Positions 49,788-63,294 of a DNA stretch of 64,000 nucleotides are shown piece by piece; position 1 is the first letter of the stretch; each line of letters begins with the position of its first letter. The notes beneath the pieces are model-generated. The model was not told the origin of the DNA. It saw only the letters and a list, made by a program, of their open reading frames with translations, and searched no databases. Source of the DNA: Octopus vulgaris (Eukaryota); NCBI GenBank assembly GCA_951406725.2, contig OX597819.1, positions 59,210,001 to 59,274,000 of the forward strand, written 5' to 3'. Both the position numbers and the translations under genes were made by a program.

Positions 49788-52194
49788 CTGAAACAAAAAA
49801 AGAAACCTTATCAATGTAATATAACTTGCATTATAAAGATAAAATAATGCTTTTCTTTTAACAAAAATGATATACAAAGAAAATTAGAGTAAATTAAAAA
49901 TTCATTTCCAAACTAAACAATTCTACGATACAAGAATGGTCTTTGGTCTCAAGATCCAATTAATATAACAAATGTAAGAACAAATGGAATTCTGTCGAAT
50001 CCTATTGACAAGCTATGGGAAATAGTCTACTAATAAGATTATACAATAATTTTAGATTATAAGGCAGAACCTACAACTTCTCTCAGTGTCTCAGAGACAG
50101 GTGTGAAGTTACCCACAAACAAAAGACCTAGCTTAAATACTAGAAAAAGGGTGTATTGTGAAACAGGCACTCAAGGAACAGGTATTGTTAAACTAGGCAA
50201 TGGATCAGGTCTACGACCCAAATTTTCATTTTAAAGACACTGAGAGAATGAACACCATTCTAATCTAAATCAAATGAAAACAAACTGACAAAACATAATT
50301 AGGCTTGTGCTAAATACAAGTAAATATTGATTTAGACAGAAGTAAATAAAACAAAAGGTCATTAAAATATAACGAAAAGCAGCATTTCACATCATGTGAC
50401 AAGAAGGAAAAGGATTCAACATGAAACTGGACAATTATTTAGAAGCTGCATTTATGAAAATAAAGAAAGTGAGACAAGTTAACTGTAGCTAATGTGTTAC
50501 ATCTAATTTGCAGTGCAAACATGATTAATACAGATTTCGTATATAGATGCCCACTATTTCAACCTTTCCTTATCTACTTCATGAGAATAACAGGTTTTCT
50601 GATAAAAATACACAAATCTGTTTCATGTTTAAACCAAAGAAAATTAATATTTTAACTACCAATTCTAATCTGAGATTCAAATCTTCTGTCCTCACCACAT
50701 GATCATATCACATGTAATACATCAGTTTATTAACATAAATTTGTGCTTATTTTAGTTTAATTTATCAAATATACTGTTGTCTGTCACAAGAAATATTTTA
50801 CATGGTAGTTAAATACGCTAAAATTTAAACATTTTTAACAGTGATTCAACAATGAGATTTATCATCATTTCTGATGGACTAAGTTTTTCTTTAGCCCACT
50901 TTACTAAAATATTTCAAGTATTTCAAATTGAAATTTCCATTAACTTGTCATGAAAGTTAAGCAATAGAAGCAACAGTTCATTTTGTGACAAATAATAGCA
51001 TAGTAAACAAGCTATTGAATTTCAATTATTCCATTTATAGAGCAACTTGATTTTTAAATCATTACTAAGCATAACTCACCAGTGACTTAAAAGTTCAATT
51101 GCAAGCAATCATTCTTTTAACATTATTCCTTAAAACTCTTAAATTTATCATTTAACAGCCTAAGAAGGAGCCCAACTGAACAAAGGACACATAAAGTATA
51201 GTGTATCTAGGACTACACTGTTCAATATGTTTTTCCTTTCTTAAGAATGGTAGGATGTGATTTTGAGAGAGCATAAACAAAACAAAAAACAATTCTTTTC
51301 CCAGGAAATTTAAGGATTAACTATTTTTAAAGGATATGATGCTTTAGCAAGAACTAAATATTTTCCATTTGAAGAATCTTTACATCACTGGCAAAAAAAA
51401 AAAACGTGGTATTTCTTTCAGCTCTTTACAATTCTGAGTCCAAACCCCACCAAGTTCAATTGTGCTTTTAATCCCTGTGCGGTCAATAGTTCGGGGGGGG
51501 GAGGTCCCCCTCCCTCAAAAGTGCTGACCTCGTACCAAAATCAGAAACAATTAAAACAAGTCAAAAACTATTTCCATTAACAGTAATCCCAGCTAATTAC
51601 AAAGAAAAGAACTCCAAATTTTACACTAAAACTACTTTCCTTTACTTTTATAACAAATCTGAAAGGTTCACAACATCCATCTATCCATCTTAACCAATAC
51701 TCAGGTATGATTTTCTAATATAACATCCTGCACAGATTGTTTGCTTTTTAATCTAAATTTCCTTGTTGGTATCTGTTCAGGAAAAATCTCCAAGCCACAT
51801 TTTGCATTTATCCCAAATAATCATAGCTATTACAAGCCTTAAGCCCTTACACAAGATAGGCCAGTCATGAAAGACAGAGATCCTTCCCAAGTCATAAAGA
51901 TTCATAGGTCCAGTTTTCTGTGGCATATATATATTCCCTGCTCCCTGAACAGTCACCTATCTGTCACATGATTGCTCATTTTTACCAGCTGAGTGGACTG
52001 GAGCAATGTGAAATGAAGTGTTTTGCTCAAGATCACAATATATTGCCCAGTCTACAATCTTATGATAATGAGTCCAACACTCTAACCATAGTCATGAAAA
52101 GTAAGTAAAGTAAATAATTTATGTACCAGGCCAAATTTTATTAAGACTCAACTGTTTTCTTCGTACCAGCCAAATGAAGAAAAATGTCAGCATA

Positions 52195-52741
52195 CAGTAA
52201 TACTTCACTTTACGAGGAACTGTTTTACGAGACTCCAGGTTTATGAGTTTTATTTTTCAAGCACAAGATCCAAATTTTGAACAACGTGCAAAAGTTTCTA
52301 CTACCAAAACAAATGCTTCTGCATGTTACCAAGAAATTTATAGAGAACAGAAAAAATGGCTTCTAAGCAAACAACTCTAGACTTGTTCTTTAAAAAGAAA
52401 TCTACAAGTCCCTCTGTGAATGCTTGTGAATCAGTGACTGCATCTACAAGCAATGGTGTGCACTAGTCTGGTGTGAGTGAAAGTAATTCTGAAAACAATT
52501 ATAATAATAATATTCATTATTATAAATGATCTTGACATTCTTTTTACTTTACATAAAATATTCTTTACATTCTACTGTTTTATTGTCATTTATTTATATA
52601 TTTTATAGGTAAAATATCTTTCTGGAAACGAATTACGATTTATAACATTGCTACTATGGGAAATAATTGCTCTGCTTCACAAGTTTTTACTTTATGAGCT
52701 ATTTTGGGGAAGAAATTAACTCATATATTGAAGCATTACTG
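52195..52741 (+). mobile_element. Tigger/pogo-type deletion derivative
   Basis: TA|CAGTAATACTTCACTTTACGAG ... CTCATATATTGAAGCATTACTG|TA (22-bp TIR, 18/22 match); internal ACYQEIYREQKK / KQTTLDLFFK resembles a Tigger transposase C-terminus. Confidence 0.8.
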
Positions 52742-53332
52742 TATTTTCATAAAAATATCTTATAATAGGTAATGTTCATAATTCTTAAGACTTCAAATGG
52801 AAGCTAGGATGGGCTCTAGGGATTTTTTATGCTTGAAAAACATTATTGTTACCAAATAATATCTGCTTCATTGTTGCAAAATTATTGACAAATGAATATA
52901 TATATATGTTGCTATATTTGGGATGGTAATTTTCTTTCTTTTCTTTTTTCAAACACACTCACAAAATATGTGTGTGTAAAGTTTAAGAATTTTTTCCCCC
53001 TCTCATACCAAATATCTTTCTTATCCTGAAATTAACTGGAAAGATGGGTTTTTTTTTCTTTCTGTGTTTTGGTAAATTAGATCCATTTTTCAATACTAAA
53101 ATGAGTTCTGAAATAACAATAACAAGTATCTTTACAACTAACAACAACTATTTAAACAGGAGGTGAAAGTTATAGCTACTTATATTAAAAACTTCATATA
53201 AATCTAATCGGACAAACTACTCAATTCATAAGAATATTTCAAAAAGTACAAATATATTTTTAAATAAAATTATTAAAAACAAAATAATAATGTAATTATG
53301 TTAAACATATTATCAGATGATTGTATACAAAC

Positions 53333-53404
53333 CTTATTTGAGAATTCAAGTACTTCTTGAAATGTTTTATAGACTTCAGTAGTTTCACCATTTGACCAAG
53401 ACAC
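53333..53404 (-). CDS. ZCCHC14: ZCCHC14/2-family exon, PX-like domain (most 5' exon found in the window)
   Basis: ttacag|...AAG|gtttgt; 72 nt, phase 0/0; VSWSNGETTEVYKTFQEVLEFSNK resembles the VxWSD...V.K...E..EF motif of the ZCCHC14/2 PX-like domain. Confidence 0.82.
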
Positions 53405-53570
53405 CTGTAACAGATACATCATATTAAACATTAATGAAAAAAATTATTAAAAAAAACAATATTTGTCCAGATTGTTTTGAATAAATTTTTTAATACCTGT
53501 TTTATTTACACTGCTATCACCACATTCGTAACTTTAATACTCCCCTTTTCCATGGTGGCATGGTTTAGAT

Positions 53571-53796
53571 CAGTGGTTCTTAAAGTGGGCAATATTGCCC
53601 CTTTGTGGGCAGTGGAAAGAACCAGGTAGGCAACAAAATTACAGGCTAATTTGGTTAAGTTTTATTTGATTTGAATGTAATTTCAATTTACTGCAGAAAG
53701 AGGTCTATGTTTGTGGTGGTGGGGAGTGGTGGTGACACGAGGTATGTGGCCTGGGTGCCAAGGAGACAGCAGTCTGAAAAGGTTTGGGAACCACTA
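53571..53796. mobile_element. hAT (Charlie-like) MITE
   Basis: CAGTGGTTCTTAAA ... TTTGGGAACCACTA ends; imperfect 8-bp TSD GTTTAGAT / GTTTTGAA. Confidence 0.7.
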
Positions 53797-54214
53797 GTTT
53801 TGAAGAAAGTTACTGAGGGAGATTTTATACAACTGGATGCTCTTCCTGTCGCTAATGTTTAACTGTTTCCAAGCAAGGTAAGATTTTCCCAAGCCCTTTG
53901 AACATGAACAGTACAATAGCAGGCATTTTCCACAGAATATTGCAAACAAATGACAATTCTTGTATAAAATAGTAACATTTGTTAACAATTAGCATACAAT
54001 ATCAAAACAGGTAGATAAACACAAACATACAAACACACACAGAATTCTTTCAGTTTCTAACTACCCCAAATTCACTCACAAGGGTTTGGCCAACTTAGGA
54101 TAAAAGAAAATTTGGGGGCAGTGGAACTGAACTTAAAAACTATTTGATTGCAAAATGAACTTCTTGATAATGTCAGCAAGCCTTCACCTATATACAGTTG
54201 TGTGTGCATATATA

Positions 54215-54572
54215 TTCTTTTATTCTTTTACTTATTTCAGTCATTTTACTGCAGCCATGCTGGAGCACCGACTTTAGTTGAACAAATCGACCCCAGGGCT
54301 TATTCTATCAGTCTCTTTTGCCGAACTGCTAAGTTACGAGAACATAAACACAGCAACATCAGTTGTTAAGCAATAGTGGGGGCGGGGGGGGGGCAAACAC
54401 AGACACACATATATGATGGGCTTCTTTCAGTTTCCGTCTACTAAATTCACTCACAAGGCTTTAATCAGCCAGAGGCTACAGTAGAGGACACTTGCCCAGA
54501 ATGCCATGCAGTGGCACTGAACCCAGAACCATGTGGTTAGGAGGTAAGCTTCTTACCACACAGCCACACCTA
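54215..54572 (-). mobile_element. SINE family B
   Basis: Full head-to-tail reverse complement match to the family. Confidence 0.8.
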
Positions 54573-57500
54573 TACGTAAAATCATCATCGTTGTTGTTTT
54601 AACATCCACTTTTCCATACTTGTATAGGTCAGACAGTTTATTGTGGCATATGAACTCTCTCTCTCCCTCCTGCCTCTCTACGTGCGTGTGTAGAAGAGAG
54701 AGAGAGAGAGTTATGTTTTTTAATGAAAGCTGGATAAAATGTTCCATATTAACCGAAATGAAGAACTTGTTCAAATCTGTACTGTAAGCATGTGTCACTC
54801 CTTTTTTCATACAATCCAAGTATCACTGGAATATATCAAACCTAACCTTACAAAAATCAAAGACTTCAACTGAGGTGATTACTATTATACCTCAAAATAG
54901 TAAACAAGTAAGAAAAAAAAATGACTGTAGACTGCAGATTATAAAATAAGTGGTTGTTTTTAGCAACTACCCACTTTGTAAGGGGTGGTTGTGGTGAGGA
55001 TTGTTCAGTGCTTTCAAGGCAAGTGGAATGATATCATCAGTGTAGGTGTAAATTTTCATCAGCGACCCTATTATGTTTGTAAATAGATAGTAGATGTTCC
55101 ACCTAACTATTTTTGATGACAAATGCACAGAACTAAATAATTCATCATAAGCATAATCAATCTTCAGCAACATCAAATGTCAAGTTTCTGAAAGTACTAC
55201 TTTACTAGTTGTTCTGTAGTTAGATTACTCCTGAAAATCTGTGGGCACATTCACTGTGTCACCTTTACTGGTTTCATGAAATTGTCAGGCAGTTAATATG
55301 ACATGCGGCAGAAAAACCACTCGTATTTTACACAGCCATAAATGTGGGACTAGTCGAGTTAGGCAGGAGGTGATGGTGCCTTCGAATAGCTAATGTCTTA
55401 TCCTCTGTTGCCCCTCCCCCCAGTTACCGACATAGTTTGAACTAGTGCACAATGTGCACTAAATCTGAGGTTTTTTTTTTTGGCCACACCCTGTTCTATA
55501 TGAGAGGTGTCTATATGCACGTGCACGTATGTACACACACACACACTATGTGAGTGTGTAACTCTGTTATTTCACATCCATTTTTCAACAGATAAATGTC
55601 TCATCACTCAATTGTAGGAGTGCAACTTGTCAGTCATACACAACACAATACACACACACACATTCATCATTTTCCCATGCAATCATGGATCTGTTGCACT
55701 ATATATTTCAATGCTTTATCATCTCGTCCACAATACCCAACAAACTGAGGGCTGATATGACTTCTCTCCATGTTGCCTATAGTTTGCACACCAACATTCA
55801 CATCCAATAACGTGTAACACATTAATGTCACATTCCTTACACTTCATACAGCCTCCTTTTTAGATTAAGAAATAAAACCTTTATCGCCAATATTTAATTG
55901 AACTTGCCCCTCTTTTTAACTTTAGTTACATCACTTTTACTAAAACCACTTCTATGAATACTTTACTATCAAAACTTTACTACTTCTCGCAAGCTATCTG
56001 AGCAAAGCATGGACTGTTTTATGGCTGCTACAGCTAACTACTCCTGTCAATTTATCATATCTGAAGACTTGATCCCCTGTCAATGTGTTGGAAGACTAAC
56101 TGAACCATTAGAGTATTCACAACTTGCATATCATTGAGTTACCTACAATATATATTAAGCATTGTTTTTAGTTGTCAGTCTAGAGACAAAACATGGTATA
56201 GATCAAAGATGTTTTAAGTAAAATCAGAATGCAATTCTAATTATTGCAGGAGATAGAAAAAGAAGAGTAGGAAAGATGGTCAAAGGAGAAGAGAAACATT
56301 ACTGGAAGAAAAGGATTGAACTATATGTTTAGTTTAGTGCAGTAAAGAGGAGATGATAAAAAGAAAAGAATGGGTTCAGTTGAGTGCAATAGTGCCAGAA
56401 ATTTCAGAATACACAAATAATAATAGAAAAGACAGCCATCGACTGGTAAATGGAAGGTGAGACATGTGCATTTGGTGGAGATGTTATGCAACTTGCTAAT
56501 TTACAGAAGTAGAAACCATTGTATAAGTTGTAGAACAGGTAAAAAAAAAAAAAAAAGAAGAAACTACACATATGATAGCCAGCGTTTCTAGCAGAATGGA
56601 TAATGAATATTTGTCAATTAACCTAATGGCTTTTCAGAGGAGGGAAATGTATTAAGACATTTGTGTGTGCTGCAGAGTTATCATCACAGATACAGGATTA
56701 GATATCTTGTGGATCACAGATGACCTTTGTAGATGAACAATTAATTATAGCCAAAGTATATTTATGGCCCTGAGGAGAAAGTATTACCTTTGTAATTTTG
56801 GCTGTATAATCCAAGAAATTAGAGATAAATGTAGCCCATAGGTGGGTAACTTAGCTTAGACTAAATATTGAATAGATCTTAGTTGTGAAGTCTTAACCAA
56901 ATGACAATTCATAAGCCTCTCTTCAAAAATCATGTATAAACCTGACAGAAAACATTAAGATAGGTTGTTAATGCTCAAGAAGTTGTTGCCGTTGTTCATA
57001 GAGCAGAAGCTTAGTCACCTGCAATGATGTTACCAATCATTGAAAACCTAATACAAGTGCACAAGATTATGACAGAATGAATTCAAAACTTTGCCAGAAG
57101 ATTCTTATACCAGACAATGTAGTTGACTATTCTAATGCCATAGATACATTCCCTTCCACTTAAGATACAAAGAACAAGAAATTATCACATGTTTATGAAA
57201 AACTACTTCCTAGTGGACCTAGCCTCATTGATAATCAAGAGAGAATAGTGTGCAAAATGGTCAATTGTGATTGTATCCATATTTTAGAATATTAAAGAAA
57301 TGAATGGGGTAATTGCATAAATACTTAAGTTAAGGTAAATAGCTCTGAAGAAAGATTTTTAAAACCTAGTAAGAGCAGAATCAAGATTTTAGTTACAATG
57401 CATTCAGACCTTTCACTTGTTGGATTGGTAACTAAGTAAGTTGTCACACTTTGAAGCTACGAAGACAAGATGGTGAAAATAACAGTCTATAGAAGAGAAA

Positions 57501-58139
57501 TCTAGCAGAGTTATGTGCACAGAGAAAGGAATTTAGTGCAAAACAGACAACAATGTAATTAATTAGTTGTCTGGATTTAGGAGTAGAGCAGATATATTTG
57601 AATTTCTCTGGACAGTTCTACTGTACAAGTTACATTTGTAAACAAGTTGGACCTTTATTAAACAAAATAACTGATGATATATTTTAACTTAAGGATTGCA
57701 TTTGTTTTGTATCTGTTTTTCCATGCTAGCATGAGCTGGACAAATATAAATTACTAAGATATTATTTTACAGTTGAATGCCCTTCCTGTCACTAACTTGT
57801 ACTTGTTTTCAAGTAAGGCATTAAAATAATAAAGTAATAGATTGTTTTAGAAACTACAAGAAAAGTACTATTTTTAATTAAGTAAAAATCTATCACTGAC
57901 AATAAGAGATATTAATCAGAATAGGTTTTTCCTGACTACCAAAACAAGTTGGTTTGGAATTTAAATTATGTACCAAATTAAATAAACATTGGGAATTAAT
58001 TTGAATCTACTTCTTACAAATAGAAATGTGAGCTATTAATGCAGCAACTTAGTTGTAGGAGACAAGTAAATTGTTTCTAGATTAATTACATAATAAAGTT
58101 AAATATAGTTTACCTCATTAATAGCAAACTTAAATATTC

Positions 58140-59343
58140 TCTTTGAGGACATTACTCAGATCACTGACAGTGGCTCATGGGTGTATGTTGTCTACCTTGA
58201 CTTTGCTAAGGCTTTCAACTCTGTGCCACACAAAAGGCTTATGGTGAAACTCTCTGCAATGGGTGTGGGGGATGACCTTTTTAACTGGTTGAAATCCTTC
58301 ATCCTCAGCCGAAAGGAGGTAGTCACAGTTCTAGGACAGCACTCTACACCATATGAGATGTCATCGGGTGTACCACAGGGATCTGTCCTTGGTCCCCTCC
58401 TGTTTGTGGCATACATTAATGACATAGATGCCAATTTAAAGAATGCCACAGTATTGAAATATGCAGACGACATCAAGCTGTACCTTGAAATCAAGAGGAC
58501 TGATCCTGATGTCTACAACTCTTTCCTGCAATCAGACCTAGACACAATGCAGCAATGGATCACAGACTGGCAACTGAAACTGGCTGTGGACAAGTGTACC
58601 ACCATGCATTTTGGGAGAAAAAACCCTGCGTCCACATACTCCCTCCACAACACTGATATCAAGAAATCCTCTTGCGAGCGTGACCTAGGCATCACTGTCA
58701 GCAGTGATTTGCGTTGGACAAAGCATATCTCTAAAATTGTCAAGAAGGCCGAGGGTGTCTTGGCATCACTCAGCAAGACTTTTGTTAGCCGCTCTCCAGC
58801 CATCTATTTAAAACTGTATACAGCTATGGTACGACCACACTTGGAATTCGCATCATCAGTTTGGAATCCCTATCTTGCTCAGAACATTGACCTCCTGGAA
58901 TCTGTACAGAGACGTGCAACCAAACGCATACCCTCCATCAGACACCTACCATATTCTGAGCGCCTTGTTTCCCTGGGCATGGATTCACTGAAGCTCCGGC
59001 GTCTGGCGACGGACTTGGTAAACACCCACAAGGTTATCAACCACCTCACCAACAACAACACTGAACACCTTTTTGATCTCCATGTGTCTAACACACGTGG
59101 ACATGCCTACAAAGTCAGAAAACAACACAGCTCCCATGACTTTCGGAAACATTTTTTCACGCTCAGAGTTGCTGAAGCATGGAATAAACTGCCTGCGTCA
59201 GTTGTTGACTGCCATGACACTGCATCCTTTAAGGCCCTCATGCTTTCCGAAATCCGCCGAAACTACACCTGATTATATATACACTTTAGATGAGCTGTAG
59301 TGCACCTGAGCACTGTACACAATTATTATTATTATTATTATTA
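58140..59343 (+). mobile_element. 5'-truncated CR1-clade LINE with open RT/C-terminal frame (58181-59272)
   Basis: YLDFAKAFNSVPH, SGVPQGSVLGPLLF, YADDIK, LESVQRRATK, TRGH, FFTLRVAEAWNKLP; (ATT)n tail; same family as 11228-12127. Confidence 0.93.
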
Positions 59344-60511
59344 TGTTAGAAAATAGATTTTAGACTAATATGCATATATCTAAGATTTACCAATTTTAAC
59401 ACAATATAAAAGAGATTAAAAGTTAAAAAGTAATTTTTGCATTGAATTGCCATTCTTTCACTCAAGCATGAGGATACTCTATAGGGAGATAGTAATTTCC
59501 AAAATTTGATACCATTACACTGTGAGCAGAATATTTAAGAAGAATGAACCACAATCCCACCAGTCACCCAATTGTATTATTCTACTCAAACTCACACGTC
59601 AAGAAGAGTCACACATGTAATTTATTCATTTATTAAAGTTTTAGTTTCTTGAAAATGATCATGCAAAAATAATTTTTATCATTCATGATTTTGTGTACCA
59701 TAAGATAAGTTCTAACATTTGGAGTAAGGTCTTTTTCTTCAAAGAAAAATTAATGGAAAAAAACATTTTTTTCTTTTGAAAAACATGACTGCTCTAAACA
59801 AGAATTTGTCTCACATCAGAAGATATAAACTTATCTCATTTTATGAATTTTATTTAACTGCTTTTTTTATAACACACACTCTTAGTGGCTTTTCCCTTTA
59901 TCATTATTATCAATTTGATATCTATTTTTCTATGCTAGAATTAACTACACAGATATCTAATATATACAATGAATCTGTATTTTGTTATTTATGAATTCTA
60001 CATTAAAGCAATGATCTGTCTATTCTAAATCTTTTTATACTGCCTCTTTTCAAAGAATCTGTAGTAAATATCTCATGTGGCATGCTAATGATGTGAATGT
60101 AAATCGAGATTTACAGTGTGGTTTTGTTAACAGCCAAGTCTACTATCTGATCACCTGGCACCAATATTACACTAAGTTGCTGTTTTTGTAGTTGTTTTTT
60201 TCACCAATCTGTTAGTGCACTTATTTTGTCAACACCTGACCATATGGCATCATTTTATGAAAACAATAACTTGCGTGCCTACCTTCTTAGCATCAGTAGC
60301 TGTTAACAAGACAACAGTAAGCTGTAGTGGCCTACATCATAAGTTTGGGATCAATCAACATGTGCACCAGTTCATTCATCTATTCAAACAAACTGGCATC
60401 AAAACAAGTGTACATCAACTTTTTAAACCAATCAGTGACTTAAACGAATGTTATATTAATGAACATCACCAGTTTACTATTTGTCACTGTTAGTGGTAGT
60501 TAGAAGCTATA

Positions 60512-60843
60512 CAAAATGGAAGCACTCCGTCGGTTACGACGACGAGGGTTCCGGTTGATCCGAATCAACGGAACAGCCTGCTCGTGAAATTAACGTGTAA
60601 GTGGCTGAGCACTCCACAGACACGTGCACCCTTAACGTAGTTCTCGGGGATATACAGCGTGACACAGAGAGTGACAAGGCCGGCCCTTGAAATACAGGTA
60701 CAACAGAAACAGGAAGTAAGAGTGAGAGAAAGTTGTGGTGAAAGAGTACAGCAGGGATCATCACCATTCCCCGCCGGAGCCTCGTGGAGCTTTTAGGTGT
60801 TTTCGTTCAATAAACACTCACAACGCCCGGTCTGGGAATCGAA
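60512..60843 (-). mobile_element. young 5'-truncated SINE (family C-related)
   Basis: 10-bp TSD AGAAGCTATA (60502-60511, 60844-60853); begins within the B-box TTCGATTCCC; CpG-rich. Confidence 0.85.
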
Positions 60844-62964
60844 AGAAGCTATAAACCCCATGTGAGAATTGCAGTGTTATTGATTCTCATCACAGTACAA
60901 GGTCAATACAGCTTGGAGTGGCAGTTCTACCAGTCACCATTAATTGTCACAATTTACCAGTCGTTACTACAGTAGGGACAATAGCAGACCAGTTCTGAAG
61001 TATCATTCTTAAGAGAAAGCATCAGGAGTTCACACCAAAATCAAATATAAACTCAATACCACTGCCAATATTCATCAGCTTTTGAAACTACAGTTTTCAC
61101 ATAACAAATCTCTATTACAATAACCTATTCACTTTACACCACAGATCACTCACTCATTGTGAACATGTTAACTAGGAACATAAAAATCATAAGTACTTCA
61201 GATTCATAGAACTGTCTAGTGACTCACTTGTATGAAAGCACATATATACTGCAAATTTACCTGCAAATCATGCACACATCATATGTATCTTGTGCATACA
61301 TACATATTTATATGGTATGTTCTTATACCTGCACAAACTTTTCGTATAGACACCTACACATTTATACAATGCTGTGTTACTTCATTCTTTTTGAGTACAT
61401 CAATAGCATAAACAGTTTAATAAAGGGAATTTACAATTCCCTACATTGGTGACTCTGAGGTTTTCAAACTTGCTTCTCATAAAACTTTTCTAATAAATAG
61501 CATTTTTCATTCTACCACCAAAGCGTTTTTGATGACAACACCTACATTTGCCACACTTCTGATATGAAAGTTTCACAATTCTGAGAGCTTCACACCATAT
61601 TTTGATTTTTCAACAAGCAGCAATTTACATTCTACCATTGATGTGGGTCACCAATGAAGGGAATAATAAATGTGATCAAAATAAATGAAAAGGTATAATA
61701 ACAGTTAATGTGGTTGTACTACCATCTTCAGCATTGGTGACCACAACCCCCTGTCCCATGATTTCAACACATGCACTTCTGAGAGTTTTACACTAGATCT
61801 CAAGTTTTCCAAAACTTTCTCAGCAAGCAGCATTTTTCATTTTACCACCAAACCCATATTTTACTTCTTATTTGAAAAATAAATGTCAAATGTTATTTTT
61901 TTATGAATAGTAAGCTATGTATGCTGTACTTACATCTTGCACATATATACAGGTTATGTTCTTTCTTACAATCTTACAAACTCCTTGTATAAACAGCCTC
62001 ACATGCATGTGTATTCTTGCTACCTTCGCCATCTCACTATCAAGAACACATCACATTGTATGTGTGTTATATTTGAATATTTGAACTAGGAGCTGTTTCA
62101 ATGAAACAGAATGTTACATTATATGATGTATGCGTGTGTGTACGTAATATCAGTCAACTTTGTAGAATGCTGGGTCCATCTTTCTATCTGTAACATTCAT
62201 GTTCTCTGTCTATTATTGTATTATTTTCATGATGTTGAAAATGAAGTCTATCACATCATATGTACATTTTACTGTGGCCAATCATAGTTTGCTTCAGAAG
62301 AGAATGTGAATTAAAACATTAACTGTTATATAGTTTTGTTTATTTTAATTAAATTTAGAAACCTTGATAAGCCTACTACTATTATTGTGCAATTTTTTAA
62401 AAACTAACAACTACTTATATTAAATAATTATTACATGCAACTGCCTTTATAATGTACAATACACAAACCACCAAATATTTATCTCCTTAACTGGTACCTC
62501 TGCTTGACAAATTGACATTAAAAATTTAATATATCCTAAAGTCACTAAAACCAATGGATTTTCCTATTCTAATCATCTATATTGCTTAAAACATAAATCT
62601 TTTATTTGTGTTTAGACAATTACAGAAATATATTTATTTATGACATTTTGAATATTTAAATGAAGTGATCTAACTGGATTCCAGTTCATTTATAACAAAT
62701 ATTTACTGATGGCCGTTTTGGTAAAATTAATTTCTAAAAAAATGTGAATGTGCAAAACTTGTATAATTGAGCTAATTATCTTCAATCAGTAAGGCTTCAG
62801 ACCTTTCAAAAGAAAGCATTTTTATATCCTTTTTTCTCTCTCTTTGCTGCACTTTTGTCTGTCTTTGCTAAACTGGGTTAGAGGAATGAACATTTTGTAA
62901 GTCCTTTCTGTTAGTAATCATTTAACTTTAAAATAAGAAATACCCCACTTTTTTCTCTACCTAT

Positions 62965-62996
<32 letters not shown>

Positions 62997-63001
62997 CACA
63001 A

Positions 63002-63250
63002 AGGCAGCGAGCTGGCAGAAATGTTAGCACGCCGGGCGAAATGCGTAGCCATATTTCGTCTGCTGTTACGTTCTGAGTTCAAATTCCGCCGAGGTCGACT
63101 TTGCTTTTCATCCTTTTGGGGTCGATAAATTAAGTACCAGTTACGCACTGGGGTCGATAAATTAAGTACCAGTTATGCACTGGGGTCAATGTAATCAACT
63201 TAATCCGTTTGTCTGTCCTTGTTTGTCCCCTCTGTGGGTAGTAAAGAAAT
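63002..63250 (+). mobile_element. young SINE family A with internal 32-bp tandem duplication
   Basis: GGGGTCGATAAATTAAGTACCAGTTA(C/T)GCACT at 63118-63149 and 63150-63181; CpGs retained. Confidence 0.88.
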
Positions 63251-63294
63251 ATATATATATCATATGTATAAAGCGGGAAGTATTAGTGATTAGA

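Noticed and set aside
54967-57300. Possible very old LINE remnants (YTYTDDI) or upstream ZCCHC exons
   Set aside because: Too degenerate to assign; no phase-compatible exon with family similarity found between 53405 and 64000
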